The notes beneath the pieces are model-generated. The model made no database searches. It was not told where the DNA came from and was given only the letters and a program-made list of their open reading frames with translations. 64,000 nt of DNA from Synechococcus sp. UW140. Its GTDB lineage: Bacteria; Pseudomonadota; Gammaproteobacteria; Burkholderiales; Burkholderiaceae_C. The position numbers were made by a program, and so were the translations under genes. Of this stretch, positions 37,480 to 45,822 are shown piece after piece (the stretch's first letter is position 1; each line of letters opens with the position of its first letter). Location: positions 4,909 to 68,908 of the forward strand of contig CALRUK020000021.1 of assembly GCA_943371335.1 (NCBI GenBank), written 5' to 3'.

Positions 37480-38487
37480 TCAGACCTCGTCGTAAACCAC
37501 TTCGAGCGTGGGCTTGACGGTCTCGGTCTTGCCGCACATGTCGAACTCGGTGGCCGGCTCCAGCACCACGTCGCGCCCGACCGATGAGGCAGAGAAAAGG
37601 CCCAGCAGACCGTCTTGCGTCAGGGGGGACGGACGCATGGGAGATGAGGTGTCAACGTTGGCGGCGAGCTGGGCAAACATGGGGCCCCAGACCGAGTCCG
37701 GGCGGCCGATGATTTCGTAGCTGGCGCTCTTGCGGCGGATGTCGTCGTCGGCCGGAATGACCGAGAGCACCGGGATGCCGACCTGTTCGGCAAAGGCCTT
37801 GGCTTCGCCGGTGCCGTCGTCGCGGTTGATCACCATGCCGGCCACGCCGACGTTGCCGCCGAGCTTGCGGAAGTACTCGACCGCGCTGCACACGTTGTTG
37901 GCCACGTAAAGCGACTGCAGGTCGTTGGAGGCGACGACGATGACCTTCTGGCACATGTCGCGAGCGATCGGCAGGCCGAAGCCGCCGCAGACCACGTCGC
38001 CCAGGAAGTCGAGCAGCACGTAGTCGAAGCCCCATTCGTGGAAGCCGAGTTTTTCGAGCAGCTCGAAGCCGTGGATGATCCCGCGCCCGCCGCAGCCGCG
38101 GCCGACCTCCGGGCCACCGAGTTCCATGGCGTAGACACCGTCGCGCTTGAAGCAGACGTCGCCGATCTTCACGGGCTCGCCGGCCAGCTTCTTCTTCGAG
38201 GAGGTCTCGATGATGGTGGGGCAGGCGCGGCCGCCAAACAGCAGGCTGGTGGTGTCGCTCTTGGGGTCGCAGCCGATCAGCAGCACCTTCTTGCCCTGCT
38301 GCGCCATCATGTAGCTGAGGTTGGCCAGCGTGAAGCTCTTGCCGATGCCGCCCTTGCCGTAGATCGCAATGATCTGGGTTTCTTTCTTGACTTCACCGGT
38401 GTGGACCGGATCGGGTTCGATGGCGGCTTCCTGGCGCAGCATGGCCTGGAAGTGAACCGGGTTGCTCTTGATTTCAGGGGCGTTCAT
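37480..38487 (-). CDS. bchX: Chlorophyllide reductase iron protein X
   Basis: [47 protein letters not shown]. Confidence 0.97.
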   Translation of the reverse strand: MNAPEIKSNPVHFQAMLRQEAAIEPDPVHTGEVKKETQIIAIYGKGGIGKSFTLANLSYMMAQQGKKVLLIGCDPKSDTTSLLFGGRACPTIIETSSKKKLAGEPVKIGDVCFKRDGVYAMELGGPEVGRGCGGRGIIHGFELLEKLGFHEWGFDYVLLDFLGDVVCGGFGLPIARDMCQKVIVVASNDLQSLYVANNVCSAVEYFRKLGGNVGVAGMVINRDDGTGEAKAFAEQVGIPVLSVIPADDDIRRKSASYEIIGRPDSVWGPMFAQLAANVDTSSPMRPSPLTQDGLLGLFSASSVGRDVVLEPATEFDMCGKTETVKPTLEVVYDEV

Positions 38488-39446
38488 CAGTGACTCCAGT
38501 CAAGGACCATCTTCAGACAGAGGGGATCACCGAAGGCGACCTCGTAGGCATCCCGCGCCTGTGAGGGCGTGTGGGTGTGGGTGATCAGGCCGTCGAGCGA
38601 CAGGCGCCCGGTGTTGACCAGTTCGGTCACGGCCAGCAGGTCGGCGCGCTTCCATTCGGCGGCGACGCGGATGCTGGCTTCGCGCATGAAGGCCGGCGCA
38701 TAGGCGAACGAAATGTCCTGGTGGTAGAAGCCGGCCAGCACCACTTCGCCGCCCTTGTCCAGGCGGGGAATGACCTTGTGCAGGATGCGGGCGTCACCGC
38801 TCACGTCGTAGATCGCGCGGTAGTTCTTGCGGTCGTCGTCATCGGGGTGCAGCACGGTGTAGCCGTCGGCGCCGTCCTGGCGCAGCGCTTGCGTTTCCCA
38901 CACCACTGGCGCGGGCCCACCAGCGGCCACCGTCAGGCGCGCCAGCAGGCGGCCCATGACGCCGTGGCCGACGATGAGGTCGGGTGGGGTGTCCGGGTCG
39001 CGGGTGCCACCGAAGGTGACGGAGTGGTAAGCGGTGGCGGCCAGGGCCAGCAGCACGGCGTCGGCGCCCGACGCTTGCGCGCCTGGCTCGTTGACGCGCA
39101 CCACGCGGGCGGCGGGCACCACCAGCCGTTGGCCAGCGCCGCCAAACAGGTTGTGCACGCCTTCGAAGCTGTAGGAGCCGGGCACGAACACCCGGTCGCC
39201 GATGGCCAGTGGCACGTCGCCCAGCGTGTTCACCACGCGGCCCACGGTTTCGTAGCCCGGCACCAGCGGGTAGCCCATGCCGGGGAAGGGCGGCATGCTG
39301 CCGTCCCACAGCAGGCGCTCGGTGCCGGTGCTGATGCCGCTGTACTCGACCTGCACCTCGATGTCGCCCGGCACCATGGCGCGCAGCGGCAGCGGCTGCA
39401 CCGACAGCTGGCAAGGGCTCTGGAAGACGATGGCGTCGGCGTTCAT
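38487..39446 (-). CDS. bchC: 3-hydroxyethyl bacteriochlorophyllide dehydrogenase
   Basis: SGISTGTERLLWDG.MP.FPGMGYPLVPGYE, LALAATAYH, DLIVGHGVMGRLLAR, CLKMVLDW. Confidence 0.96.
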   Translation of the reverse strand: MNADAIVFQSPCQLSVQPLPLRAMVPGDIEVQVEYSGISTGTERLLWDGSMPPFPGMGYPLVPGYETVGRVVNTLGDVPLAIGDRVFVPGSYSFEGVHNLFGGAGQRLVVPAARVVRVNEPGAQASGADAVLLALAATAYHSVTFGGTRDPDTPPDLIVGHGVMGRLLARLTVAAGGPAPVVWETQALRQDGADGYTVLHPDDDDRKNYRAIYDVSGDARILHKVIPRLDKGGEVVLAGFYHQDISFAYAPAFMREASIRVAAEWKRADLLAVTELVNTGRLSLDGLITHTHTPSQARDAYEVAFGDPLCLKMVLDWSH

Positions 39447-40642
39447 GGGGTGACGTTTCCGCTGGCGTGGGACAGCGCGCCTTGCGCCCTCGACTTGCGC
39501 CCCACCAGCACCTGTGCGTGCAGTGGCATGGGGTTGGGTGCGAGTTCGATGTGGGTGAAGCCCGCCTGCGCCATCAGCTCCGACAGCGCCTGCGGTGTGC
39601 GCAGCCGGCCGCTGCCCATGGCCATCAGGTAGAAGTGGAAGTACGGGTCGATCGGGCTCTGGCCTTCGGCGTTGGCCATCGGTTCGGCCAGCACCAGCGC
39701 GCCGGCCAGCGGCAGGCTGTCGTGGATGGCGCGCAGCAGCTGGAGCACGGTGGCGTCGTCGTGGTCGTGGGCCACACGCACCAGCGTCACCAGGTCGGCG
39801 CCGCGCGGCAGCGGGTCGGTGATGAAACTGCCGCCCTGGGTGGTGATGCGCTCGCCCAGGCCCTGGCGGTCCAGCTGCTCGCGGGCCAGCTGCGCCACGG
39901 GCGGCAGGTCAAACAAGGTGCATTGCAGGTGGGGGTGGCGCTGCGCCAGCGCACCCACCCAGCCGCCCATGCCGCCGCCGATGTCCAGCACGCGCTGGTG
40001 GTCAACGAAGGGGTAGGCGGCGAGCAGCTCGTCGATCACGAAGCGCTGCGAGGTCGACATCAGTGCGGAGTAGCGGCCGAAGCTGTCGGCGCTGGCGCCT
40101 TCGCGCTGCTGGTGCGGGGTGTAGGGCCAGTAGGTGTGCATCTGCGCCTGGTTCGGGTCGCGCAGCAGGGCCAGTGGGTCGCGCAGGTCTTCGTACAGCG
40201 TGGCGTTGTGTTCGACCATTTCGCGGATGCCGGCGTGGGTGGCCACCGGCGCGCCCAGGCTTCCGAGCCCGTAGCGGCCACGGCTGCGGCGGTCCATCAG
40301 GCCCATGGCCACGGCGGAGTCGAGCAGGCGCTGCAGGCTGGCCGCCTGCAGGCCGGTGAGGTGGGCGAGTTCGTCCAGCGTGCGCGGGGCTTCGGACAGC
40401 GTTTCCAGCAAGCGAAGCCGCACACAGGCCAGCAACACCTGTGTGTGCACGAAGCCGGCCATGCAGGCAAACAGCTTGGCCGAGCGGCGGCGCACCAGCC
40501 AGCGCGTCAGGGACGAAGCCACGGCCCAGCGGTGCAGGCCCGGGCTGGTGCTCCAGCGGTCGATCTGGGCGGCGAGGCGATCGCGCCAGCCGCCTGTGGC
40601 GACCGGAAGCGACAGGGAGGAGTGGCTGTGTACGGCGTCCAT
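39443..40642 (-). CDS. crtF: Demethylspheroidene O-methyltransferase
   Basis: LFACMAGFVHTQVL, VLDIGGGMG, LVRVAHDHDD, AEPM, YFHFYLMAMGSGRLR. Confidence 0.94.
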   Translation of the reverse strand: MDAVHSHSSLSLPVATGGWRDRLAAQIDRWSTSPGLHRWAVASSLTRWLVRRRSAKLFACMAGFVHTQVLLACVRLRLLETLSEAPRTLDELAHLTGLQAASLQRLLDSAVAMGLMDRRSRGRYGLGSLGAPVATHAGIREMVEHNATLYEDLRDPLALLRDPNQAQMHTYWPYTPHQQREGASADSFGRYSALMSTSQRFVIDELLAAYPFVDHQRVLDIGGGMGGWVGALAQRHPHLQCTLFDLPPVAQLAREQLDRQGLGERITTQGGSFITDPLPRGADLVTLVRVAHDHDDATVLQLLRAIHDSLPLAGALVLAEPMANAEGQSPIDPYFHFYLMAMGSGRLRTPQALSELMAQAGFTHIELAPNPMPLHAQVLVGRKSRAQGALSHASGNVTP

Positions 40643-40651
40643 GGGGTGGCC

Positions 40652-41578
40652 TCAGGCAACGGTGCCGCGCAGCGGCGTGGCGCGGGACCCGGGCGCCTGC
40701 GGTCGCGCACTGGCGATGCGTTGGCGTGTGTCGGGGGGAATGAGCCGCGCGGATTCCTGCAGCACGAGGGCGCGCATGGCGTCGCGGTGCTCGCAGTCGG
40801 GCACGGCGTCCACGGCTTCCTGCATGCGGCGCTGGAAGTAGCCCAGGGCGCCTGCCAGACCGAGGTCGTCGGCCGCACTGGGGCGGTGGTGCTGCACGTC
40901 CTGGCCGCTGGGCTTGCCCAGTTCGTCGCTGCCGAGCATCACATCGCGAATGTCGTCGGCCACCTGATAGGCCTCGCCCAGGCATTCGCCCAGTTGGCGC
41001 CAGGCCGAGGGGTCAGCACCGGCGGCCTGCGCACCAGCGCAGGTGGAGGCCACAAAAAGGGCGCCGGTCTTGGCGCGCTGGTAGCGGCTGAGCGAGGCGC
41101 GGGGTTCGCATTCCCAGGCCTGACCAGCGACGATGCCGTCGGGCGCGCCGGCGGCCGAGCACAGCGTGCCGAGCAGGCCGCCCAGGCGGGCGGGGTGGCG
41201 GGCGCCGACGCGGGCCATGGCCTGGAACGCCATGACGATCAGCCCGTCGCCCGAGAGCAGGGCCAGCGGTTCGCCGTGCAGCTTGTGCACCGTGGGCAGG
41301 CCACGGCGCAGGTCGGCGTCGTCGAAGCAGGGCATGTCGTCGTGCACCAGCGAAGCGCAGTGCAGCAGTTCGATGGCCACCGCGGCGGCGTCGGTCAGTT
41401 CGGGGGCGTCGTCGCCGCAGGCCTGGGCCACGGCCAGGCAGAGCTGCGGACGGATGCGGGCGCCGCCAGGGAACACGGCATGGCGCATGGCGGCCATCAG
41501 CCGTGGCGGTGCGCTGGGGCTCAGCGCACAGGTGAGCTCCTGGTCGAGCGCTTGCTGTATGCGTGCCAACATGTCCAT
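40652..41578 (-). CDS. crtE: Geranylgeranyl diphosphate synthase
   Basis: GGARIRP, ELLHCASLVHDDMPCFDDADLRRG, YQRAKTG, YQVADD. Confidence 0.95.
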   Translation of the reverse strand: MDMLARIQQALDQELTCALSPSAPPRLMAAMRHAVFPGGARIRPQLCLAVAQACGDDAPELTDAAAVAIELLHCASLVHDDMPCFDDADLRRGLPTVHKLHGEPLALLSGDGLIVMAFQAMARVGARHPARLGGLLGTLCSAAGAPDGIVAGQAWECEPRASLSRYQRAKTGALFVASTCAGAQAAGADPSAWRQLGECLGEAYQVADDIRDVMLGSDELGKPSGQDVQHHRPSAADDLGLAGALGYFQRRMQEAVDAVPDCEHRDAMRALVLQESARLIPPDTRQRIASARPQAPGSRATPLRGTVA

Positions 41579-41603
41579 GGAGCCCCTCGTCGGGTGGGGT
41601 GTC

Positions 41604-41672
41604 TGTCATCCACATGCGACAGACACGGTGTCAATCTAACATGACACATTTATTTGTCAATGGAAAGTGACG
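41604..41672 (-). promoter_or_regulatory. crtE promoter with three tandem PpsR operators
   Basis: TGT-N12-ACA at 41604-41621 and 41629-41646, TGT-N12-ACG at 41655-41672 (7 and 8 bp spacing); minus strand TTGACA-16 bp-TAGATT. Confidence 0.82.
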
Positions 41673-41803
41673 GTATTTGTCCGGCGTACGGGTAATCCCC
41701 TAGTGGCGGCCGGCGAAGCGCACCCGTCGCCCCTTGGGGCAGGTGGGCGGTGGGGGAAAGAGGGTGCCGCGCGGGCCGCAGCGCCCGGGGCGCAGGCCCC
41801 GGC

Positions 41804-42745
41804 TCAGGCGCAGGCAGCGGGGGCGGGGGTGGGGGCGGGAGCGGGTTCGCCGATGGCCGCGAGGATGTGCGAGGCCACCAGCGCGGGCTGTTCTTCGTGG
41901 GCCAGATGGCCCAGCCCGGGCAGCTCGATCACCCGTGCCTGTGCCGGCGGCTGCAGGCGCGCCAGCACGTCGAGCGCCTGGGCTGGCGGCACGGTGCGGT
42001 CGTGCGTGGCCGCGAGCAGCAGCAACGGGGTGTGCAGCCGGGGCAGGTCGCGGGCGAAGGTCTGCAGGTCCCAGTTGGCCATCATCCCCAGGGCCCCGGC
42101 CGCGTGTTCCGGGCAGCCGACCAGCGCCCGGTACAGCGCGGTGGCTTCAGCGTCGAGCACCGAGCCGGTGCCCTGCAGCAGGCGCTGCAGCACCGCGGGC
42201 TCGCGGGCGCGCCAGGCAAACAGGCGTGGCACCCCGGGTGTTGCGGCCAGCAGCTTGGCCGCCGGGGCGAACAGCGGCCCGGCCAGCCCGGCCAGCGGCA
42301 GCAGCGCCGCGTTGATGCCGACCACCAGACGGGGTGCGATGAGCGCGTCCAGGCACATGCGGATGCCGATGGCCGCCCCGGCCGAATGCCCGATCACCAG
42401 GTCTGGCTGGCAGTCCAGCGTGCGCAGCAGCCCATGCACCGCGCGCGCCATGCCGGGCAGCGAGAGCTGGGGCGCACCCATGCCGCCGGGTGGGCGGCCG
42501 GTGAAGGCGTGGCCGGGCAGGTCCAGGCTGAGCACCCGGCACCGGGTGGCCAGCAGCGGCGCGAGCGCGCGCCACGAATGGGTGGAAGCGCCGGTGCCGT
42601 GCAGCAGCAGCGCGCAGGGCGCCTCGGCACCCGGGCCGTCGAACCATTGGGTGTGCCATTGCAGGCCTCCGGCCTGCACGAAGCGGCTGTGCTCGTGGTG
42701 GGGCCAGCGGGGGCCGTCGCGTCGCCAGTCGAGTCGGCGCGGCAT
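41804..42745 (-). CDS. bchO: BchO alpha/beta hydrolase
   Basis: WPHHEHSRFV, LLLHGTGASTHSWR, DLPGHAFT, GHSAG, NAALLP..GLAG.LF, LGHLAHEE; follows bchD. Confidence 0.92.
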   Translation of the reverse strand: MPRRLDWRRDGPRWPHHEHSRFVQAGGLQWHTQWFDGPGAEAPCALLLHGTGASTHSWRALAPLLATRCRVLSLDLPGHAFTGRPPGGMGAPQLSLPGMARAVHGLLRTLDCQPDLVIGHSAGAAIGIRMCLDALIAPRLVVGINAALLPLAGLAGPLFAPAAKLLAATPGVPRLFAWRAREPAVLQRLLQGTGSVLDAEATALYRALVGCPEHAAGALGMMANWDLQTFARDLPRLHTPLLLLAATHDRTVPPAQALDVLARLQPPAQARVIELPGLGHLAHEEQPALVASHILAAIGEPAPAPTPAPAACA

Positions 42746-42750
42746 GGTGT

Positions 42751-44571
42751 TCAGCGGGCTGGGCCGGCGGCGAGTTGCACCGCCCGCGCCAGGCCCTCGG
42801 CGCCGGCGTGCGGCAGCGGCAGGTAGGCCGCGTCCATGGCGTCGGCCAGGGCACGGGCCGGGTCGGAGGGCTGCGGCGAGGTGTCAATCAGCAGGGCGCT
42901 CAGCCCTTCGGCACGAAAGCGCTGCGCGGCGGCCAGCGCGTCTTGCTGGGCCTGCGCGCGTCCCGGCGAGCCGTCGCGCGCGATGTTGGCGCGGCCGTCG
43001 GTCAGCAGCACCACCGTGGCCGAGTCGCCCCCGCGGGTGAGCTGGCTGGCCAGGTCGGCCGCCGCGGCGATGCCGCTGGCCAGCGGTGTACCGCCCCCGC
43101 CGGGCAAGGCACCCAGGCTGCGCTTGGCGCGCGTGAGCGAACGCGTGGGCGGCAGCAGCAGCTCGGCACCGCTGCCGCGAAACGCCAGCACGGCGACCCG
43201 GTCGCGCCGCACATAACACTCGGCCAGCAGCAGCTCGACCGCACCCTTGGCTTCGGCCAGCCGGTGCAGGGCCGCCGAGCCGGAAGCGTCGACCACAAAC
43301 ACGGTGGTGGTGGGCCGGTGCTGGCGGTAGCGCACCACGTGAAAGTCTTCGCGGCGCACGCGCAGGCGCGCCGGCCCGCCGGCGGCTTCCTGCCGCAAGC
43401 GTTGCCAGGGCATGGCCGCGCGCAAGGTGTCGAGCACGTGCAGGCGGGCGCCGGATCGCGGCTCGGCGTGCCGGCTGCCCACGGGTCGGCCGCGGTGGGG
43501 GTGTTTCGTGGCAGCGCCCACCCGGCCGGCGGCGCTGGCGCGGGCCTGGCGGGCCTGGCCCGCCTGCAGGGCCGCCAGCAGCCCGGGCGGGATGGCCGCG
43601 CGCACGGCATCGACCAGCCGGTCTTCCAGCGCAGCCGCTTCGGGTGGCCGATCGGCTTCGGCGGTGTCGCGGTCTGCCTGGCCTTCGTCGGTCTGCGGCG
43701 GTGGGGGCTCGGGGGCCTGCGCCTGCGGGTTCGGGGCGGGTTCGGCGGGGGCCGGGGGCGGCTCGGCTTCTTCCTGGGCAGCGGGCGCCGGCATGCGGGT
43801 GGCGCGCGGCGCCAGCACCAGCGCGGCCGCCAGCTGGGCGTGTGTGTCGCCAACCTCGTCCTGGCCGTCCAGCGCGGCCGCCGCCCGTGCCGCGTGCACC
43901 GCCATCAGGGGCGCGCGCAGCGAGTCGATGCCCCAGGCCAGTGCCGCGGCGCACAGGCCCTGCAGCACCGCATCGGGCAGGGTCACGTGGGGCAGTCGGG
44001 CGCGCGCGCGCTCGATGTCGGCAGCGTCCCAATCGGGCGGGGTCTCGCCGTCGGGCGCGGGTTCTGCGAGCAGGTGCAGGGCCAGGCGGTCCAGCAGCGC
44101 GGCGGGCATGCGTTCGTCGTCGCCAGCACCTTCGTCGAGCGCCACCAGGGCCAGGCGCGCCGGGCTGCAGGTGCTGGGCAGGCTCTCGCGCGCGAGCACC
44201 ACCTGCCGGTTGTCGAGCACCGCAGCCAGGTGAGACGCCACACCCGCCGACACGCGTTCGGCCATGGGCAGCAGCAGCACGCCCTGATCGGCCCGCGCCA
44301 GCAGCCCCTGCTGCGCCACGGGGCGCCCGGCGGCCAGCGTGGCAGTGAGGTCCAGGCCACCCAGCAGGGCGGCGTCGCCGGCGTGCGAGGGCACGCGCAG
44401 CCAGGGCGAGTCCGCGGGCAGCAGCCGCCGCAGCAGTGCCAGCCACTGGTCGCGCAGCGGGCCGGCGCAGCCTCGCAGGGCCACCCCGCCCAGGCCCGAG
44501 GGGTTCACGGCCAGCAGCGCCGCTGCCAGCGCCATGCGGGCGCTGAGGCGGGCGCTGTCGAAGGGGTTCAT
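42751..44571 (-). CDS. bchD: Magnesium chelatase subunit D (606 aa)
   Basis: Degenerate AAA domain, Pro/Glu-rich linker, vWA domain VVDASGS, LPGGGGTPLA, LTDGRANI. Confidence 0.95.
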   Translation of the reverse strand: MNPFDSARLSARMALAAALLAVNPSGLGGVALRGCAGPLRDQWLALLRRLLPADSPWLRVPSHAGDAALLGGLDLTATLAAGRPVAQQGLLARADQGVLLLPMAERVSAGVASHLAAVLDNRQVVLARESLPSTCSPARLALVALDEGAGDDERMPAALLDRLALHLLAEPAPDGETPPDWDAADIERARARLPHVTLPDAVLQGLCAAALAWGIDSLRAPLMAVHAARAAAALDGQDEVGDTHAQLAAALVLAPRATRMPAPAAQEEAEPPPAPAEPAPNPQAQAPEPPPPQTDEGQADRDTAEADRPPEAAALEDRLVDAVRAAIPPGLLAALQAGQARQARASAAGRVGAATKHPHRGRPVGSRHAEPRSGARLHVLDTLRAAMPWQRLRQEAAGGPARLRVRREDFHVVRYRQHRPTTTVFVVDASGSAALHRLAEAKGAVELLLAECYVRRDRVAVLAFRGSGAELLLPPTRSLTRAKRSLGALPGGGGTPLASGIAAAADLASQLTRGGDSATVVLLTDGRANIARDGSPGRAQAQQDALAAAQRFRAEGLSALLIDTSPQPSDPARALADAMDAAYLPLPHAGAEGLARAVQLAAGPAR

Positions 44572-45593
44572 GGGCCCAGCAGTTCGGCCACGGCGCGTTC
44601 GACCCGCGCGCTCGAGCCGCTGTTGTCCAGCGGATTGCGGCGCAGGCGGTGCCGCAGCGCGGGTGCGGCCACGCGGCGCAGGTGGGCGTCGCCCACCGCG
44701 GCGTCGCCGTCCCAGGCGGCCAGGGCGCGGGCGGCGCGCATCAGGGTCAGGTCGCCGCGCAGGCCGTCGGTGCCCAGCGCCATGCACAGCGCGGCAGCGC
44801 GCTCGCGCGCGGCTTCGGGCAGCTCCACCTCGGCCAGCCGCGTGCGCGCGGCGAGCAGGCGGCGGCGGATGCGTTCGTCCTCTTTCTTCCAGCGCGCCAC
44901 GAAGGCCTCGGCATCCTGCTCGAACGCGTCGCGCCGGCGCACCACCTCGACCCGCTCGGCCAGCTGGTCGGGCGTCTTCACCTCGACCGAGAGGCCAAAG
45001 CGGTCCAGCAGCTGCGGGCGCAGCTCGCCCTCTTCGGGGTTGCCGCTGCCCACCAGCACAAAGCGCGCGGGGTGGCGCACGCTCAGGCCTTCGCGCTCGA
45101 CCACGTTTTCGCCCGAGGCGGCCACGTCAATGAGCAGGTCCACCAGGTGGTCTTCCAGCAGGTTGACCTCATCAATATAGAGAAAGCCGCGGTTGGCCTG
45201 GGCCAGCAGGCCGGGCTCGAAGGTCTTGACGCCCTGCGACAGGGCCCGCTCCAGGTCCAGCGAGCCCACCACGCGGTCTTCGGTGGCGCCCAGGGGCAGG
45301 TCGACCACCGGCACCGGGATCGCGTGCGACTTGAGCGGCTTGCCCTGGCGCAGCCGCTCGCAGTCGGGGCAGCGGCCGGCCTTGTCTTGCGGGTCGCAGC
45401 CATAGCGGCAACCCACCACCGCCTTGATGCTGGGCAGCAGCGCCGCCAGCGCCCGAACGGCGGTCGACTTGCCGGTGCCCCGGTCGCCCAGCACCAGCAC
45501 GCCTCCAATGTGGGGGTCGATGGCGGCGATCAGGATCGCCGTCTTCATCTCTTCCTGACCCACGATCGCGGAGAAGGGGAACGCATGTGCCAT
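44568..45593 (-). CDS. bchI: Magnesium chelatase subunit I (341 aa)
   Basis: FPFSAIVGQEEMK, GDRGTGKST, LYIDEVNLL, NPEEGELRPQLLDRFG. Confidence 0.97.
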   Translation of the reverse strand: MAHAFPFSAIVGQEEMKTAILIAAIDPHIGGVLVLGDRGTGKSTAVRALAALLPSIKAVVGCRYGCDPQDKAGRCPDCERLRQGKPLKSHAIPVPVVDLPLGATEDRVVGSLDLERALSQGVKTFEPGLLAQANRGFLYIDEVNLLEDHLVDLLIDVAASGENVVEREGLSVRHPARFVLVGSGNPEEGELRPQLLDRFGLSVEVKTPDQLAERVEVVRRRDAFEQDAEAFVARWKKEDERIRRRLLAARTRLAEVELPEAARERAAALCMALGTDGLRGDLTLMRAARALAAWDGDAAVGDAHLRRVAAPALRHRLRRNPLDNSGSSARVERAVAELLGP

Positions 45594-45624
45594 GGAATTC
45601 AGTATGGCACAGGCCACCTGATTT

Positions 45625-45664
45625 TTGACATATGTACATATCAATATGTCAATCGAGGTGGACA
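45625..45664. promoter_or_regulatory. PpsR operator and AT-rich inverted repeat upstream of bchI
   Basis: TGTCAATCGAGGTGGACA (TGT-N12-ACA, 45647-45664); TTGACATAT-N10-ATATGTCAA (45625-45652). Confidence 0.65.
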
Positions 45665-45822
45665 TGTCCGGTGAAGGAGGTCTTTCAGGTTTCCGGCACC
45701 GTCCAGGCATCCCCAGGATGTGTCATCCGCGGGCTGCCATGGGCCTGATGCGATCGAGCTCACGCCTATCATGCGGGCCGGCGTTGCGCCCTGTGGCCGA
45801 CGTCCGATCTGGGAGACCACGC

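Noticed and set aside
41680-41800. Cobalamin riboswitch or sRNA between bchO and the crtE promoter
   Set aside because: G/C-run-rich, but no B12 box or other recognisable conserved riboswitch core; unsupported without an Infernal search.
45620-45730. Pho box or FNR box upstream of the phoD-like gene and bchI
   Set aside because: TGTCA-like units are not spaced 11 bp apart as direct repeats, and the best FNR match deviates clearly from TTGAT-N4-ATCAA.
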